A stretch of DNA of 64,000 nucleotides from Paecilomyces variotii (taxonomy: Eukaryota), in NCBI GenBank assembly GCA_004022145.1, contig RCNU01000007.1, one strand, 5' to 3'. Position numbers and translations under genes: made by a program. Positions 28,255 to 40,987 of this stretch are shown here, in pieces. Positions within the stretch are counted from its first letter, which is position 1; each line of letters opens with the position of its first letter. The notes under the pieces were generated by a model, which did not search any database, was not told the origin of the DNA, and saw only the letters and a list, made by a program, of their open reading frames with translations.

Positions 28255-28992
28255 ATGTCTTCGCATGCAGATCGCATGTCGGAGAAACAGAAGGAGACGA
28301 GATTCGACATGCCAGGAAATGACCGGGAGGAACCAGCCTGGTTCTCAGGAGAGAAACTGCAATTACACTGTCTCCCGAGTTTTGGCTCCTCCGTACATAA
28401 AACTTGAAAATTCCGGTCCTTTGGGGCTTTTTGGATTCGCAGTCACTACCTTTGTTCTTGGTCTTTATAGTTTTGGGGTAAAAGCTCTAATCAAAGAGTA
28501 TTCGGACTCGCTGTTTTCATAGGAGTGACTCGCCCAGTTCGTTGTCGGACTCGTGGAGTTTCGAGTTGGAAACACGTTTGGAATCAGAGTCCGCAGCACA
28601 TATGCGGTCTTCTGGATGAGCTACTCCATGTTTCCGATTCCAGCACTACTATGAAGGAGGGTACAAGGGCAACCGACACGAATACACATACACGCTAGGG
28701 ATATTCCTCATCATCTGGTGCTTTTCAACTGCGGCATTCTTATTAGCAGCGCTCAAGACAAACATCACTATTATCCTGTTATTCTTCACCCTGATATTTG
28801 CATTCTGACTCTGCTATCGCAAACTTCATGACCACATTGGACCCGGCTCGGAGTGTCCAGTTTAATAAAGCTGGAGGGGCATTAACAGTGATCTGTGTAG
28901 CTGCTGCTTTCTATGCAGTAGTGTCAGGTCTGGTGGTTCCTGAGACGACGTGGGTGCGGTTGCCTCTGGGCGAGATTTCTGTTGAGGCGTAA
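28255..28992 (+). pseudogene. GPR1/FUN34/YaaH (Ato/AcpA-type acetate/ammonia transporter) pseudogene
   Basis: Fragments in shifting frames: NSGPLGLFGFAVTTFVLGL (NPAPLGL signature variant), QFVVGLVEFRVGNTFG..YAVFWMSY, LGIFLIIWCFSTAAFLLAALKTN, NKAGGALTVICVAAAFY...LPLG. Stops/frameshifts near 28650 and 28806. Confidence 0.8.
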
Positions 28993-30829
28993 GCTATTAC
29001 TGTTGGACCAGAATATACCTCAACTACCGGAATAAATTGTAATTTGAGGTCTTTGAGGATGGCTATACCAATGCTTGCAAACATCAAGGTATATTACAAG
29101 GTAGCTGTACTCGACATAATCGATAGGATTTAATTGCACATACGCTGCTCCAATACGCACCCAGGAAAACATCCAATAGGAACGAAATCTTGCTTGATTA
29201 TGATGTTATTAGAACGAGAAAATAAAAATGATGTGACACTCCCCGATAGGCTAGATTACCTTTTGCAAAAGCAATCCCCATGTACTAAAATCCACAAGTC
29301 TAACTTCCCACCAACCAAATACAGTACATCAGATTCCCAATTCCAGTACTTCAAATATACCACTCTTCAAAGGATTATTTTCATGTTTCTCTTGCGCGTC
29401 GTGAAGCAAACAGATCGCTATGGTATATACCGGAAAAATCCTCGGCATCTGATTCGCTAATTTGTGTTTCCGGATTCGGCCACTCTTCGACCCGCATGTG
29501 ATCCTGGATAACTTAATGACGCATACAACCTTGGAAGCTGAGCTAAAGCAATATCATCCATGTCATATGGAAGAAGAAACATGGAGATCGATCGCTATGC
29601 CCAAACTGCAGATGTCAATCATCGCATCGAGTCCAGAACAATCCGAACAAGGTCTACGGTAGTATGTAGAGAAAAGGCTCACCAGTCTCTGCCAGTATGG
29701 GCACAGAATAGAGCCCTATCTGCGATCTCTTCGATCTTATAATTGAATTTCTGGCTCGTATTTGGGACTATACCCCTCTCATATATCTCGTATATGTGAG
29801 AACATGTATCTAGAAAAGTTTATTGCGTTTTCCCCGGATCCCCCCCGCCATCGCCCCTCCGTCCTGGTTGCGGAAATGATGTCTACCATGAATAACGGAG
29901 AATATAGTTCTGCACAAGGTATATAAAGCGTGCTGAGTTTGGTCTTGAATGGAATGAGGGAACTCGAACCCCCGTTGCTAGTATCTCCTGGAATCAATTC
30001 ATCTACCAAGAAAGCGTACACCATACAGTTAATTCAAGATCTTCCACCTCAGACCATGTCGTCCAGTAAGCCAGGCATCTGGAATGATATAACTGCGATT
30101 ATAAGCTTACGCCTCATCTAGACTCTCAACAACCTCACCACCGTGGCTGGTTTTCGGAGGAGATTTTCAACCACAGACATCACAACGATGGTGCCAATGA
30201 GGTCCATGCGCAAGAGAGCCATGTCCGGAACAAAGAGTCACCCAAGAAAGAAAGTGAGATACAAAGGCTCGTGGATGATCTCAAGAAGGGTGAAAGGGGA
30301 TTCAAAGACTATATCCACAAGGATAAGCAATTGGACGAGGAAGGAGGGACTTATGGCGGTTTAATGTGATGGACTGAGAGTACTTTTGTCGTACAAATGC
30401 TGGGGACATGGAATCTGTAGTTGGCCGCTGCTTTAGTTGAATTAATGTGGTGCTAGCCAGACACGAAAAATGCAATGGTAAGGTCAAAATGTCTTGATTA
30501 AGACCTGTTATACTGTCAACACTAGTACAACCATTACGTGGTTCTAGGTCAGCAGTAAACTGGAGAGATTCAAGCATCCTCGCCCATGCAACTAATGGAA
30601 ACTAAGTGAACACTATAGGATGAACCCACAACGCCGATAAGGGACTCCTTCCGCGCTTCGCTTCAACAAACAAGCTGGGGTACTATGTACAGGAGACAAG
30701 AATGCATGCAAAGTAGTTCTATCTATGGCAGTAAAACATCCTGTAAAATCAAGAGATATCGGAAGAGCTACGGAAAGCTCTCCAAAAGAAAACAGGAACG
30801 ACGATTGGGGATGGAATAGTCAATGCTTG

Positions 30830-32214
30830 TTAGTTCAATTGCACGTAATTGGCTGCAACCACAAGTTAGCGTCTCGCTGAAAAATAAGCCGAGGATGCAG
30901 GAAATTACCTGGGAACTGTCCTTCCCTGCCATCAATCCTGCCAGTCCACCATTCATTTGTGTTATCGGTGCGGTGTACAATCTCAATGACATCTCCCGTC
31001 GAGAAGCTGAGATCCCCAGCTGCCTGTGCCTCGTAGTCGTAGAGAGCGGTAACAGTCTCAGGTTGATAGCTGAGTCGGGATGGCTTGCTCGGTGGTGGAG
31101 GGGCAGGTCCCTTCGACTTGGCAGCCGCAGAGAGGACACTACCGCCGGTACTGTTTGCACGACCGACGAAAGTTGACGTGCTTCCGGGAGAAGCAGAGTA
31201 CGGGGGAGGTGGGTTGTCGGTTGAATCTAGAGTCTGGCGGCGTCCAGACAGACTACCCTTCTCCTCACGGGCCAGTTTATCCTTGCCGGGTAGTGTCAAT
31301 TTGCTGCCTGGCTTGCGTCCACCCGTAGTCTTGAAGTGAACGATAGTCAGCGCCTCCGCTCGTTCCTTGACGTCGCCACGCTTCTTCTCGAACGCCTCTT
31401 CGACATCGAGAGTCAAGTCGAAGTAGCTGATGTTCATTGACTGCATCTTCTCGTGCATCGTGTAGAACACGTTTAGTTGCATGTAGTAGAAGGATTGAAA
31501 CAGCGGCTTGATGAACTCCGCCTCAAGCTGGAACAGCTTCGGTAGTTCCTCTTTGAGCAAGTCATTGTAGTAGTTGAATTCCTGGGTAGCTTGTTCCACA
31601 TCGTTTTCCGCCTTGTAGAGTGCCTTTTCGTCCTTCAAGGATTTATCCTTCTTTTCCTGCAGCTTCTTGTACGTGGCGCGGTGTCGATCATAATCCAGTT
31701 GCTTGTGGTCACGCTTGACGCCCACCTTGCGGATGACCTTAACGATTTCGAGCAGCTGGTCGGCAGGGCTGATGATACGACTATCGATCATTTCTAGTTC
31801 CGGCTGCAGACTCTCTTGGAGCTCGCGGACGACTGCTTCATATTCCTCGCACGCTTTGATGCCTTCTGGATTGCCCTCGATTGTGTACGTGCTGGGATCA
31901 GATGCGCGACCGGAGATGGGCTTATACAGCTCCGTCATGGCCTTGGAAAACTCGATTTGATGGTTGAGCATGCCTACCGTGGGTAGTCAATATCGGACGC
32001 TTCTGTCCAGGGAGACGCGGGGTTCCCTACCATTAATGGCATCGAAGTACTTCTTGGACTCGTCATGCAGTTTCTTGGTCTCCTTCTCCAACTCCTGGAA
32101 GCGCCGGTCTGCATCAATATAGACTGCATCCTTGGTGTGCTCTCCTATATTGAACTTTGCCTTGAACGTCTGTGGTGCCCGGACGATGCTCTTCTGTAAG
32201 CCCCTCAGACTCAT
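30830..32214 (-). CDS. RVS167: Amphiphysin-like BAR-SH3 endocytic adaptor (Rvs167/Hob1)
   Basis: [22 protein letters not shown] helix; BAR ([12 protein letters not shown]); SH3 ([15 protein letters not shown]...WWTG...GQFPANYV). Introns 31974-32030 and 30853-30908. Confidence 0.92.
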
Positions 32215-33523
32215 CTTCGCTGTACCCCTCCGTTAGATCGTTGCCAGAATGATGATGAGGGGTAGTGAGTGATGAAGCAGCCCTTGAAACAAAAGTTAAG
32301 GGAGCAAGCAATCTCTGGATGTTCGAGCTGACTGCCGGACGGTGGGGTGGAGTGGCCCTCTTGTATCGGTCGGAAACTGTCCGCTACGCCGTCTTGCGCT
32401 TTCTGGAAGCGGAGAGTGATCCTTGACCTTGTGGCTGAGCTATGACATAAGGGACTCACGATAGTTCACTAACTCTGGTAAGGCTCACCAGGGGAGATCC
32501 ACAGGTGTTCGATGAGGCTGGTGGTTTGGTTACTGAATCACACAAGACGTGAGACGAGTAGAGTAGAGTACTCTCGTATAAAAGCCTCGGGTTCCTGATG
32601 GCTACCTGGCATAGAATGAAGTCGAACAGGAGAGAGGGGCAGCAACTCAACCTAGAAATGGATAACTGGACTGCCGGAGCCGAGATATCACGTGAGCTGG
32701 CTTCCCTGTTCTGGATGTGGCGCTCGCTCGGAGCAGACGAGCCGAAGCGGCGCACAAGGTGTTCATAAAGATCACCTTGCTGTCTTCAATTCATTCACTA
32801 CAGATCTCTCAATCTCTTGTCCCTTTTCCTCTGAGGCCTCTTGGACATTGTCATCTAGCGCTTATATAGTGTCCTTATTTGTCTCATCTGTCTCTGCATT
32901 GAGGAGAACAAGTGCTGTTCACGTCTATTGGTTCAACAATGGGGAACTGATATATATCCGGCAAAATGCGGAGTTATTTACAACCGACAGGTTCCGGCTA
33001 TTATTCTATGCAGCTTACAGAGAACAACTCGATGCCTTTGGCAATGGATCTAACAATTGCAACTTTCTGATCTTTTATGGCTGGAGGTTTGGGGATACGC
33101 TGAGCTGCCGCCCTTGCCGCCTTGGCCTGGGCTTGAATGATAACTGTTCCAGCAATACTTCAGCCTGAATCAAGGCCTTGAATATCATATCACTCACTGA
33201 TATTGAGGCACCAGTGTTTCAGCATCCTTTTGCGTGTGCTATGGTTTTCTCGCTGCCTGGAGACAACATCCATACCATAAAAGAGATGCCTGGGGTCGTT
33301 TCCGATGTCCGAAAGGGTGAGGTAACCCCGAGCTCCGATCAGATAATCCCGAGCGGCGTTAGTGGATGAGGCCCGAGCAACGCCAAGACTTGGTGATATA
33401 ATCAGATCCCAACTTTTCCCACCTCGAAAAGATAAAACACACCTCAACTCTTCGGCACCATACCAACTCTGGCATCGACACCGTACCTCCTGCTTCGGTA
33501 CCGTCGCAGAGTTCTATCACAAC

Positions 33524-35317
33524 ATGTCTAACGTGGCACCCTCTGCCTTGAGACAGGCGTCTCGGGTTTACGCACGACGCCTGTCGTCGTCCAACAGCCT
33601 CCTGAGGCATTCGCCGCCCTTGCGGGTTCTGGCTGGACCCGGTCGGTCGACTGCCTCCAAGCGCTGCTATGTCTCTGAAACGAAGCCTGGTAGCGCTCAG
33701 GTTAACGTCGACGCTGCCATCAAAGCCGAGCAGAAGGCTTTCGTGAACCAGACGGGCGTGCAGCCGAAGGATGTTCCGCTGCCGGGCTCTGCCGTAGCGG
33801 GTGATGCCTCGATGAGCCCATCAGCTGGTATCCTGAAGCACGCCACTATCATGGATGAGGGCACTCGTCCCATCTACCTCGACATGCAGGCAACCACGCC
33901 TCTGGACCCTCGCGTCCTCGATGCGATGCTTCCCTTCCTTACGGGCCTTTACGGCAACCCTCACTCCCGCACACATGCCTACGGTTGGGAGACGGAAAAG
34001 GCCGTTGAGGAGGCGCGATCGCACGTCGCCAGTCTCATTGGGGCCGATCCCAAGGAGATCATCTTCACAAGTGGAGCCACCGAGAGTAACAACATGAGCA
34101 TCAAGGGTGTTGCTCGATTCTTCGGTCGCTCCGGCAAGAAGAAGCACATCATCACTTCCCAGACAGAGCACAAGTGTGTTCTCGATAGCTGCCGACATCT
34201 TCAGGACGAGGGATTCGATGTCACATACCTTCCCGTGCAGAGCAATGGACTGATTAAGATGGAAGACCTCGAGGCCGCCATTCGTCCGGATACGGCGTTG
34301 GTCAGCATCATGACGGTCAACAACGAGATTGGTGTCATCCAGCCGGTCGAGGAAATCGGTAAACTCTGTCGTTCCAAGAAGATCTTCTTCCACACGGATG
34401 GCGCTCAAGCGGTTGGAAAGATCCCGATTGATGTCAACAAGTGGAACGTGGACCTGATGTCCATCTCCGGCCACAAGATCTACGGTCCCAAGGGTATCGG
34501 AGCCTGCTATGTTCGCCGTAGGCCCAGAGTCCGTCTTGACCCCATCATCACCGGTGGTGGTCAGGAGAGAGGTCTGCGCAGCGGTACTCTCGCGCCTCAT
34601 GAGGTGGTTGGTTTTGGCGAAGCCTGTCGCATCGCCAAGGAGGATATGGAGGTAAGTCCCAACTTTTCGCTTTTCCTGTCTCTCCATACACACTCTTCAA
34701 CCAACATGATTATTCGCTCGAAATATGCATGGCTTTCCAAGATGTCTTGGCGGTAGCTGCACGCTTGACCGCGTGTTGCCAAGCTCTATGACGTGCGTAG
34801 CAGGGGTAATGAACTTGGTTGTCGCTTTGCTGATTTGACATCATGGTCACTCCCATATTGAGTGATTGACTCGTTGCTGACCAGAGACACACAGTATGAC
34901 ACCAAGCACGTCCAACGCTTGTCGAAGCGTCTGCTGGACGGTCTTCTCTCCATGGAACACACTTCGTTGAACGGTGATCCCGACAGACACTACCCGGGTT
35001 GCGTCAACGTCTCCTTCGCCTACATCGAGGGCGAGTCCCTGCTGATGGCGTTGAAGGATATTGCGCTGTCGTCGGGCAGTGCCTGCACATCGGCCTCCCT
35101 GGAGCCCAGTTACGTGCTGCGGGCGCTGGGCAGCAGTGACGAGAGTGCTCACAGCAGTATCCGCTTTGGCATTGGCCGATTCACGACGGAGTCAGAGATT
35201 GACTACGTGCTGCAGGCCGTTCGGGACCGAGTGCACTTCCTTCGTGAGCTGAGCCCACTGTGGGAGCTGGTCCAGGAGGGTATCGACCTGAACACCATCC
35301 AGTGGAGTGCGCACTAA
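33524..35317 (+). CDS. NFS1: Mitochondrial cysteine desulfurase (IscS/Nfs1)
   Basis: Arg/Ser-rich presequence, [28 protein letters not shown] lysine in [10 protein letters not shown], catalytic SSGSACTS. Intron 34652-34894. Confidence 0.97.
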
Positions 35318-37400
35318 GTCTCGATACGAGGGCTGTATGTTATGGACGGCCTTGTTGGTCAATCCCGAGGCTCTTCTTCTTGTCCGTCTTTTGTATTGTT
35401 TATCCAGCGCAGACGCTCTTTTGCCGTGGGTTCTTCGTCTGGCAGCTATTATTTTCCTCGGGGCTTGGCGTTGGCATGATGTGTAATACCTTCCGTAACC
35501 TATGGATGGATGAATTTGATGTACTCTAGGTCTGATCTGAGCGGCATCTGTACAGAAGAATATTTAATGACCTTGAACACTCCTCTCTTGACCCGGATTC
35601 GATTATGATATTGCTACCTAGCGTACCATAGACATTGGCCCGATCTGGCTAAGCTAGCCTCGTAGATGGATAGGATATCCACGAACAAATTTGTACGCCG
35701 TGACGAAGTAACTAGTAGAGTTAAGTACTCTGTGACATGCTAGATCTAGTCCTGTGAGGACATTGCTGCCGTTGCTGACATGAGGACCGATCCTAAGTTG
35801 GGGTATTATTATATTCTCTGACCGTAGTTAGTTATATCACAACAATAACAATTAATCATCCCAGATTCCAAACAGGATCAACCGTTGGATCTCACGAGTC
35901 ACCGCAGACCCAAAATGGGGTGGCGTGGGTGTAACCGAGAGCTGCCGGTTGCGCGCACTAAAACAACCGAACGGCATCGTCCACGCCTGCTGCGCTCGTC
36001 CTTGTGCTGGTGCCGCCTCCGGTTCATTCTCTAGCACTCGCCCTAATTCACCTCCCCTCTCGCTTCCACCCGACCAGCAACGCCACTGCGAAAGAAGTGG
36101 CATCACTTAGTTCCTAGTTCGTTCTCTCCATCCAACCCCAAACAGGGCTGCCGCAGCACCGGATCATATTAAATTTGATAACTATAACTGACAATTTGAC
36201 TACCAAGCTATCTAGGTGATGCGCTGACCCTCTGCTCGACCTCGACCACGGCAGTTTCTCTTCCACTGCCATCCTATCCTCTCCTCTCCTCTTCTCTCCA
36301 CACGGCCATCGTCGTCGTGATGAGGGGCTTCATGGCCCACTCCAGCGCGGGATTGACTGACGACGCAATCGTCTAACGGTCTAACAACCTTCTCCAACTC
36401 CTATGTCGGATCCGTTCTTGTCCCACGGTCAGTTGGGGAGGCCGTGGAGCTTACCTGTTAGGCTGTTCCACGCCTCTTTTCTGTCTCCTACATTTCGCGG
36501 TTTTCCCATTTCGACAAGAGATTAATAACAAGAGATTAATAATAATGGTCATTACTTGATGTCAGCAATGAATGTCGCCGACAACTACTAATTACTGGCC
36601 GTGGAAACTTCTGCTCTTGGTCTGGCACCCTGTCCGTCTCATGCGGTTCCCTGGATATTCCCGAAGCCCAAGAAATTCGTCAATATTTTTTTAGCTTTAG
36701 GGGGGAGACCCGGGACGGTCCAGAAGGTGACTGATTACTCTAAATGATTGACTATTCCCAGTATTCCCCTCGCCGTGACCCTCAAGGTTCCGTGTCGCGT
36801 GAGCGGGCGTTTTTTGAGTCTCTTCTTTTCTGTTCTTTTTTAAACCCTCCCCGTTCCCCTCATACGCAACTCTCCGCTGCTTCCGTTGTCCCTCACGACC
36901 TTTCCTTGGCCCGCTGGGTTCCTAAATACTGGACCCTCCTCCCCAGCGCTCTCTATCTTATCTGGTAGGAGTGCGTACATTCCTCGGACTTGGCACGCGG
37001 CGCTTGTACCTTGCAGTTCACTCTTACCGGGGAAAATCACGCCATAAGTTTACTTTTTTTGAGTTTTCTCATACTCCTTTATTATTGAAGGTACACTGTT
37101 TTGTGCCCTCTACATTTCCTACTCCTCTTTTTACCCTTTGCTGTCTACCGTTCCATCCACCCTACTGTGTGTTGGCCACCCAGTTCCTGGGGATTACCGG
37201 ATCCGGCAGGAGTGGCTAGCCCTAAGACGTAACAGTCGCCTCCGAAGTCCGGAACATCAACGAAGGCTTCTGGAAGCCTGTCACCGGTCTCGCCACGTGA
37301 GGTCGTTGTATCTATTCTCCTTCACTTCACTTCACACCCAAGACAAAATATCCTTCATTCGGGGAATCATTGTCCTTCTCGACGGATTGTCGACGGCACG

Positions 37401-38923
37401 ATGATTCCACCGGTCCCTGTCCTCGCCGACTACGGCATCTCACCAGATCATGGCTTTCTCCCACCGGAGCTGCCACTAGATGTTCTACCAGACCCGTACT
37501 ACGCGCCATGGGAGTCGATTGTCGCCAGCCTGCAGAGGCTCTTGCTGAGCAAGAGACTCCGCCAGACAATTGACCGATTGACCGTTCTCTCCACTGAGTA
37601 CCTCCATACCGACGCCGAATGGAGAAGAGCGTATACCGTCCTGACATTTATGCTGCATGGTTATGTTTGGGGTGGCGACAAGCCGGCAGAGGTAAGCTAA
37701 GTTTGGTGAGAGAGGGTTCCGTGAGACCGTTCTGATTATCTTCCTAGCGGATTCCACCTCAATTGACGATTCCTCTATTCGAGGTCTGCAAGCGTCTGGA
37801 GATGCCTCCGGTTGCCACATATGCTGGTCTCTGCCTGTGGAATTACCGGCCCATCTTCCCTGATGAGCCGGCGGATGATCTCAGCAACATCGCTTGCATC
37901 AACACCTTCACGGGCTCGATGGACGAACAATGGTTCTACCTCGTTTCCGTAGCCATTGAGGCTCGCGCGGCACCCAGTATCCCCCTGATGCTGCAGGCCA
38001 TTTCTGCTGCCCGATTAGGAAATACTAGTGTCGTCATCGAGTGTCTCCAGGATTTCGCGGAGATCGTGGATGATGTTAGTACTATCCTCCAACGAATGTA
38101 TGAGAACTGTGACCCTCACGTTTTCTACCACCGTATCCGGCCCTTCCTCGCAGGCAGCAGGAACATGCAGGATGCAGGCCTACCCAATGGCCTGTTTTAC
38201 GACGACGGTAGCGGAAAGAAGGACTACCGCCAGTACGGCGGTGGAAGCAACGCGCAGAGCTCGATAATCCAATTCTTCGATATCGTGTTGGGCATAGAGC
38301 ATCGTCCAACTGGCGTCACCCGTAGTGACAAGGATGAGAATTCCTCAGACGGTGCAGCGCCCAAAGCACGGCACAACTTTATTCATGAGATGCGAGAGTA
38401 CATGCCCGGTCCACATCGACGGTTCCTCGAACATGTCACCAGCGTCGCCAACATTCGCGAGTATGTTGAAGCGCGTCGGTCAGACAAGGCCCTCAGCACT
38501 GCCTACGATGCATGTCTCGCGATGTTGCGGGAGTTGCGTGACAAGCACATCCAGATGGTGTCGCGCTACATTATCATCAAATCCAGACAGTCGCGAACCC
38601 AGTCACGGTCAATCAGCCCTAAGCGGCCGATCGCCATGAATATTGCCAATACCAGACAGGGAGACTCGAACAAGCCGGGAGGCAAGAAGCTTCGCGGCAC
38701 GGGAGGGACAGCATTGATTCCGTTCCTGAAACAGGCGCGCGATGAGACAGGCGAACCAGCCATCGATGCTTGGGCTAGGCGTCTGCTGAGCAATGGTCCG
38801 GCAGGCTCTAGCTTTGCCTCTCTAGGCAAGGTTGACGAGCATGCTGACGGTCACATCGAGATCGTCGGCATGGCAGGCACGTGGGCCATGGATGACAGTG
38901 AAGGCGGCATCTGCCATTGGTAG
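37401..38923 (+). CDS. BNA2: Indoleamine 2,3-dioxygenase (kynurenine/NAD pathway)
   Basis: GFLP, HGYVWG, PPVATYAGLCLWN, GSMDEQWFYLVS, FYHRIRPFL, GGSNAQSS, MREYMPGPH, RDKHIQMVSRYII, RGTGGT. Intron 37692-37747. Confidence 0.95.
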
Positions 38924-39476
38924 TGTGTTTGTCGGGTTACAACTGCCCGTGTACGATGTGGATGATGATGTGTACGACCTTTTCTTATATAAAATTCTGG
39001 CTGGCGTTTTGGATGGAAAGCTATTTGGCATTTTGGGTTCCAGGCATTGGCTTTCGTTTTGTCGTACAGAGATTTCCTTGAGCGTGCATAGCCACTCAAC
39101 TCACCTTGACCTGCTGGTGCTACGGTTGAACCGTCTACATTCCGAGAGATGTACATATGGGTCTCGGTTACCGAAGGAGCATAATGTCCTATCAAGACAG
39201 TTTCTTAATATTCAGATTGATTTTCCTCTCGTCCAACATGCTACTACTACTCGGTAATCCTGTCTCACGAATTAATTCTAGAACACCACTCCGAGCGACA
39301 TCATGGATGACGAGCAGCACGCCGATCAAGCACAGCCGTCACGCCATGGCGGCTCAACGGTCCTGTTTGTCTTTTGCCGCTTGCGTGTCATGCTCCACGT
39401 GGAAGATTGTTTTGTTTCCTCGCAGAACATTGTTGGATTTCGTTATCTCAATAGGCCGATGTCATCACGTGACAGG

Positions 39477-39597
39477 TGACGTCACACATCCGGATCCAGC
39501 CAAGAAATATATTCTAGGTGATGTCATTGATATCAGACCAGGAATGCGAGTGAATTTCGAGAATATCAGACATGGATGAATGAGAGGGGTATATAAA
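39477..39597 (+). promoter_or_regulatory. Stress-type promoter: CRE (TGACGTCA), STRE (AGGGG) and TATA box
   Basis: TGACGTCA 39477-39484; AGGGG immediately followed by TATATAAA at ~39585-39597, about 150 nt upstream of the CsbD-like ATG. Confidence 0.45.
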
Positions 39598-39744
39598 GGT
39601 GGTGCTCATCGTCTGTTGGATGAGTTGTCAGAAAAAGTTCCAGAATCACAACTGAACCACGGATCTACATCTACTCCTGAGCTATCTTCGTCAAACCACA
39701 TAACAGAACAACCAAGTTCCTACTTAACATTATCTTATACCAAA

Positions 39745-40365
39745 ATGTCTTCGAACGACGGAGCTTCCTCTTCTACTCTTAAGTCCTACGTTGACTCCGC
39801 GACTGGCGCCGTCCAGAGCGCGTTGGGCTCTCTCACTGGTAGCAACGCTGACAAGGTATGTTAAGCTCGTCATTCCCCTATACTTGCTCGATACTTTTAA
39901 AAGAAACAAGAAATCACTAACAACATCCTCCAGGCCCAAGGCGAAACCACCAAGCAACAAGCCCAAGCCGAGCACGAAGCCTCCCACACCACCGCAAAGC
40001 TCGGTCCCATCTCCGCAGACCCCAACACGGGAGCCGCCGTGAAGGACGACGAGAACCGCACCAGCGGCAAATGGGACCAGACCATTGGCTCCGCCAAAGA
40101 ATTCGCCGGCAACGTGATTGGAAACGAGAACCTGCGCCAGACCGGTGCTGAGCAGAACCAGAGCGGCAAGGCGCAGGAAGCCAAGGGCCAGCTGAAGGAT
40201 CTGGGCCAGGGCTACACGGACCGCGCGCAGGGCGCTCTGGGCAGCATCGGCGCTGCTATCACTGGTGATCGGGCCAAGGAGGAGGAGTATCGCCAGATTC
40301 ACGATGAGGGCAAGGCTAGACAGCGTGGTGCGGAGGCGGAGATTGAGGAGAAGGGAGGTAACTAA
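39745..40365 (+). CDS. CsbD-like hydrophilic stress/conidial protein (Hmp1 'mismatched base pair and cruciform DNA recognition'-type)
   Basis: STLKSYVDSATGAVQSALGSLTG; SGKWDQTIGSAKEFAGNVIGNENLRQTGAEQN..GKAQEAKGQ. Intron 39856-39933. Confidence 0.85.
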
Positions 40366-40987
40366 ACTGAACAACGGATGGGTTCATAAGGTATTGATTG
40401 ACCTTCGACGACTCGACGCTTTTTGAGTTGGGCGATGGCATGTTGCGATCTTGATGGTTTCATGATTCCCCTATGTGTTTTTATTAAACTAGTTTAGTTC
40501 AGTCTACACGATACCAATTATCGAAATGACGCTTTTAATTGCTACTATCATACTGTGATATTCAAAATGAAGGTTAGGCTAGGGTATGTGCTTGAGACTC
40601 GATCAACTACATACTGTATGCAGTGAAGCATATTGAAACATTCAAGAAGCCATGGTCTCGTAGAGCCATATATAAACATGTTCATATATCTTACTGTTCA
40701 CGCAGGCTATAGATGAAATTGCCGGGTAGGTAAGGATAAGGCACCTGCTTAGCGTTGTCATGCATGCATGCATACATCCGACCTCTCAGACGAGTCAGTG
40801 ATGCAACGTGCCGGCACCAATGCGACTTACCATGCATCAATAATGCAGTCAAGTTATTGCTAAAGCGAACATTTAAAAGAACCCCGCAAATATATAATCT
40901 CTCTATAAATTGGGTATATATACTTGTCAAGTGTATTCTTCAATCTTGGGGATTATGCATTCGCGCTGAGATAGCTAAACAATTGCG

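Noticed and set aside
29134..30577. Short ORFs between the GPR1 pseudogene and RVS167
   Set aside because: Mostly non-ATG starts, no motifs and no convincing splice model.
33821..34693. 290-aa antisense ORF
   Set aside because: Shadow of the codon-biased NFS1 CDS. The same applies to antisense ORFs over RVS167, IDO and the CsbD-like gene (e.g. 39730-40374).
34652..34894. TPP riboswitch in the NFS1 intron
   Set aside because: Lacks the conserved CUGAGA and GAxCxGGxUAAUxCCxGCG core of fungal TPP aptamers.
36514..36541. 14-bp tandem duplication ACAAGAGATTAATA x2 upstream of IDO
   Set aside because: Only two copies; simple slippage with no array structure.
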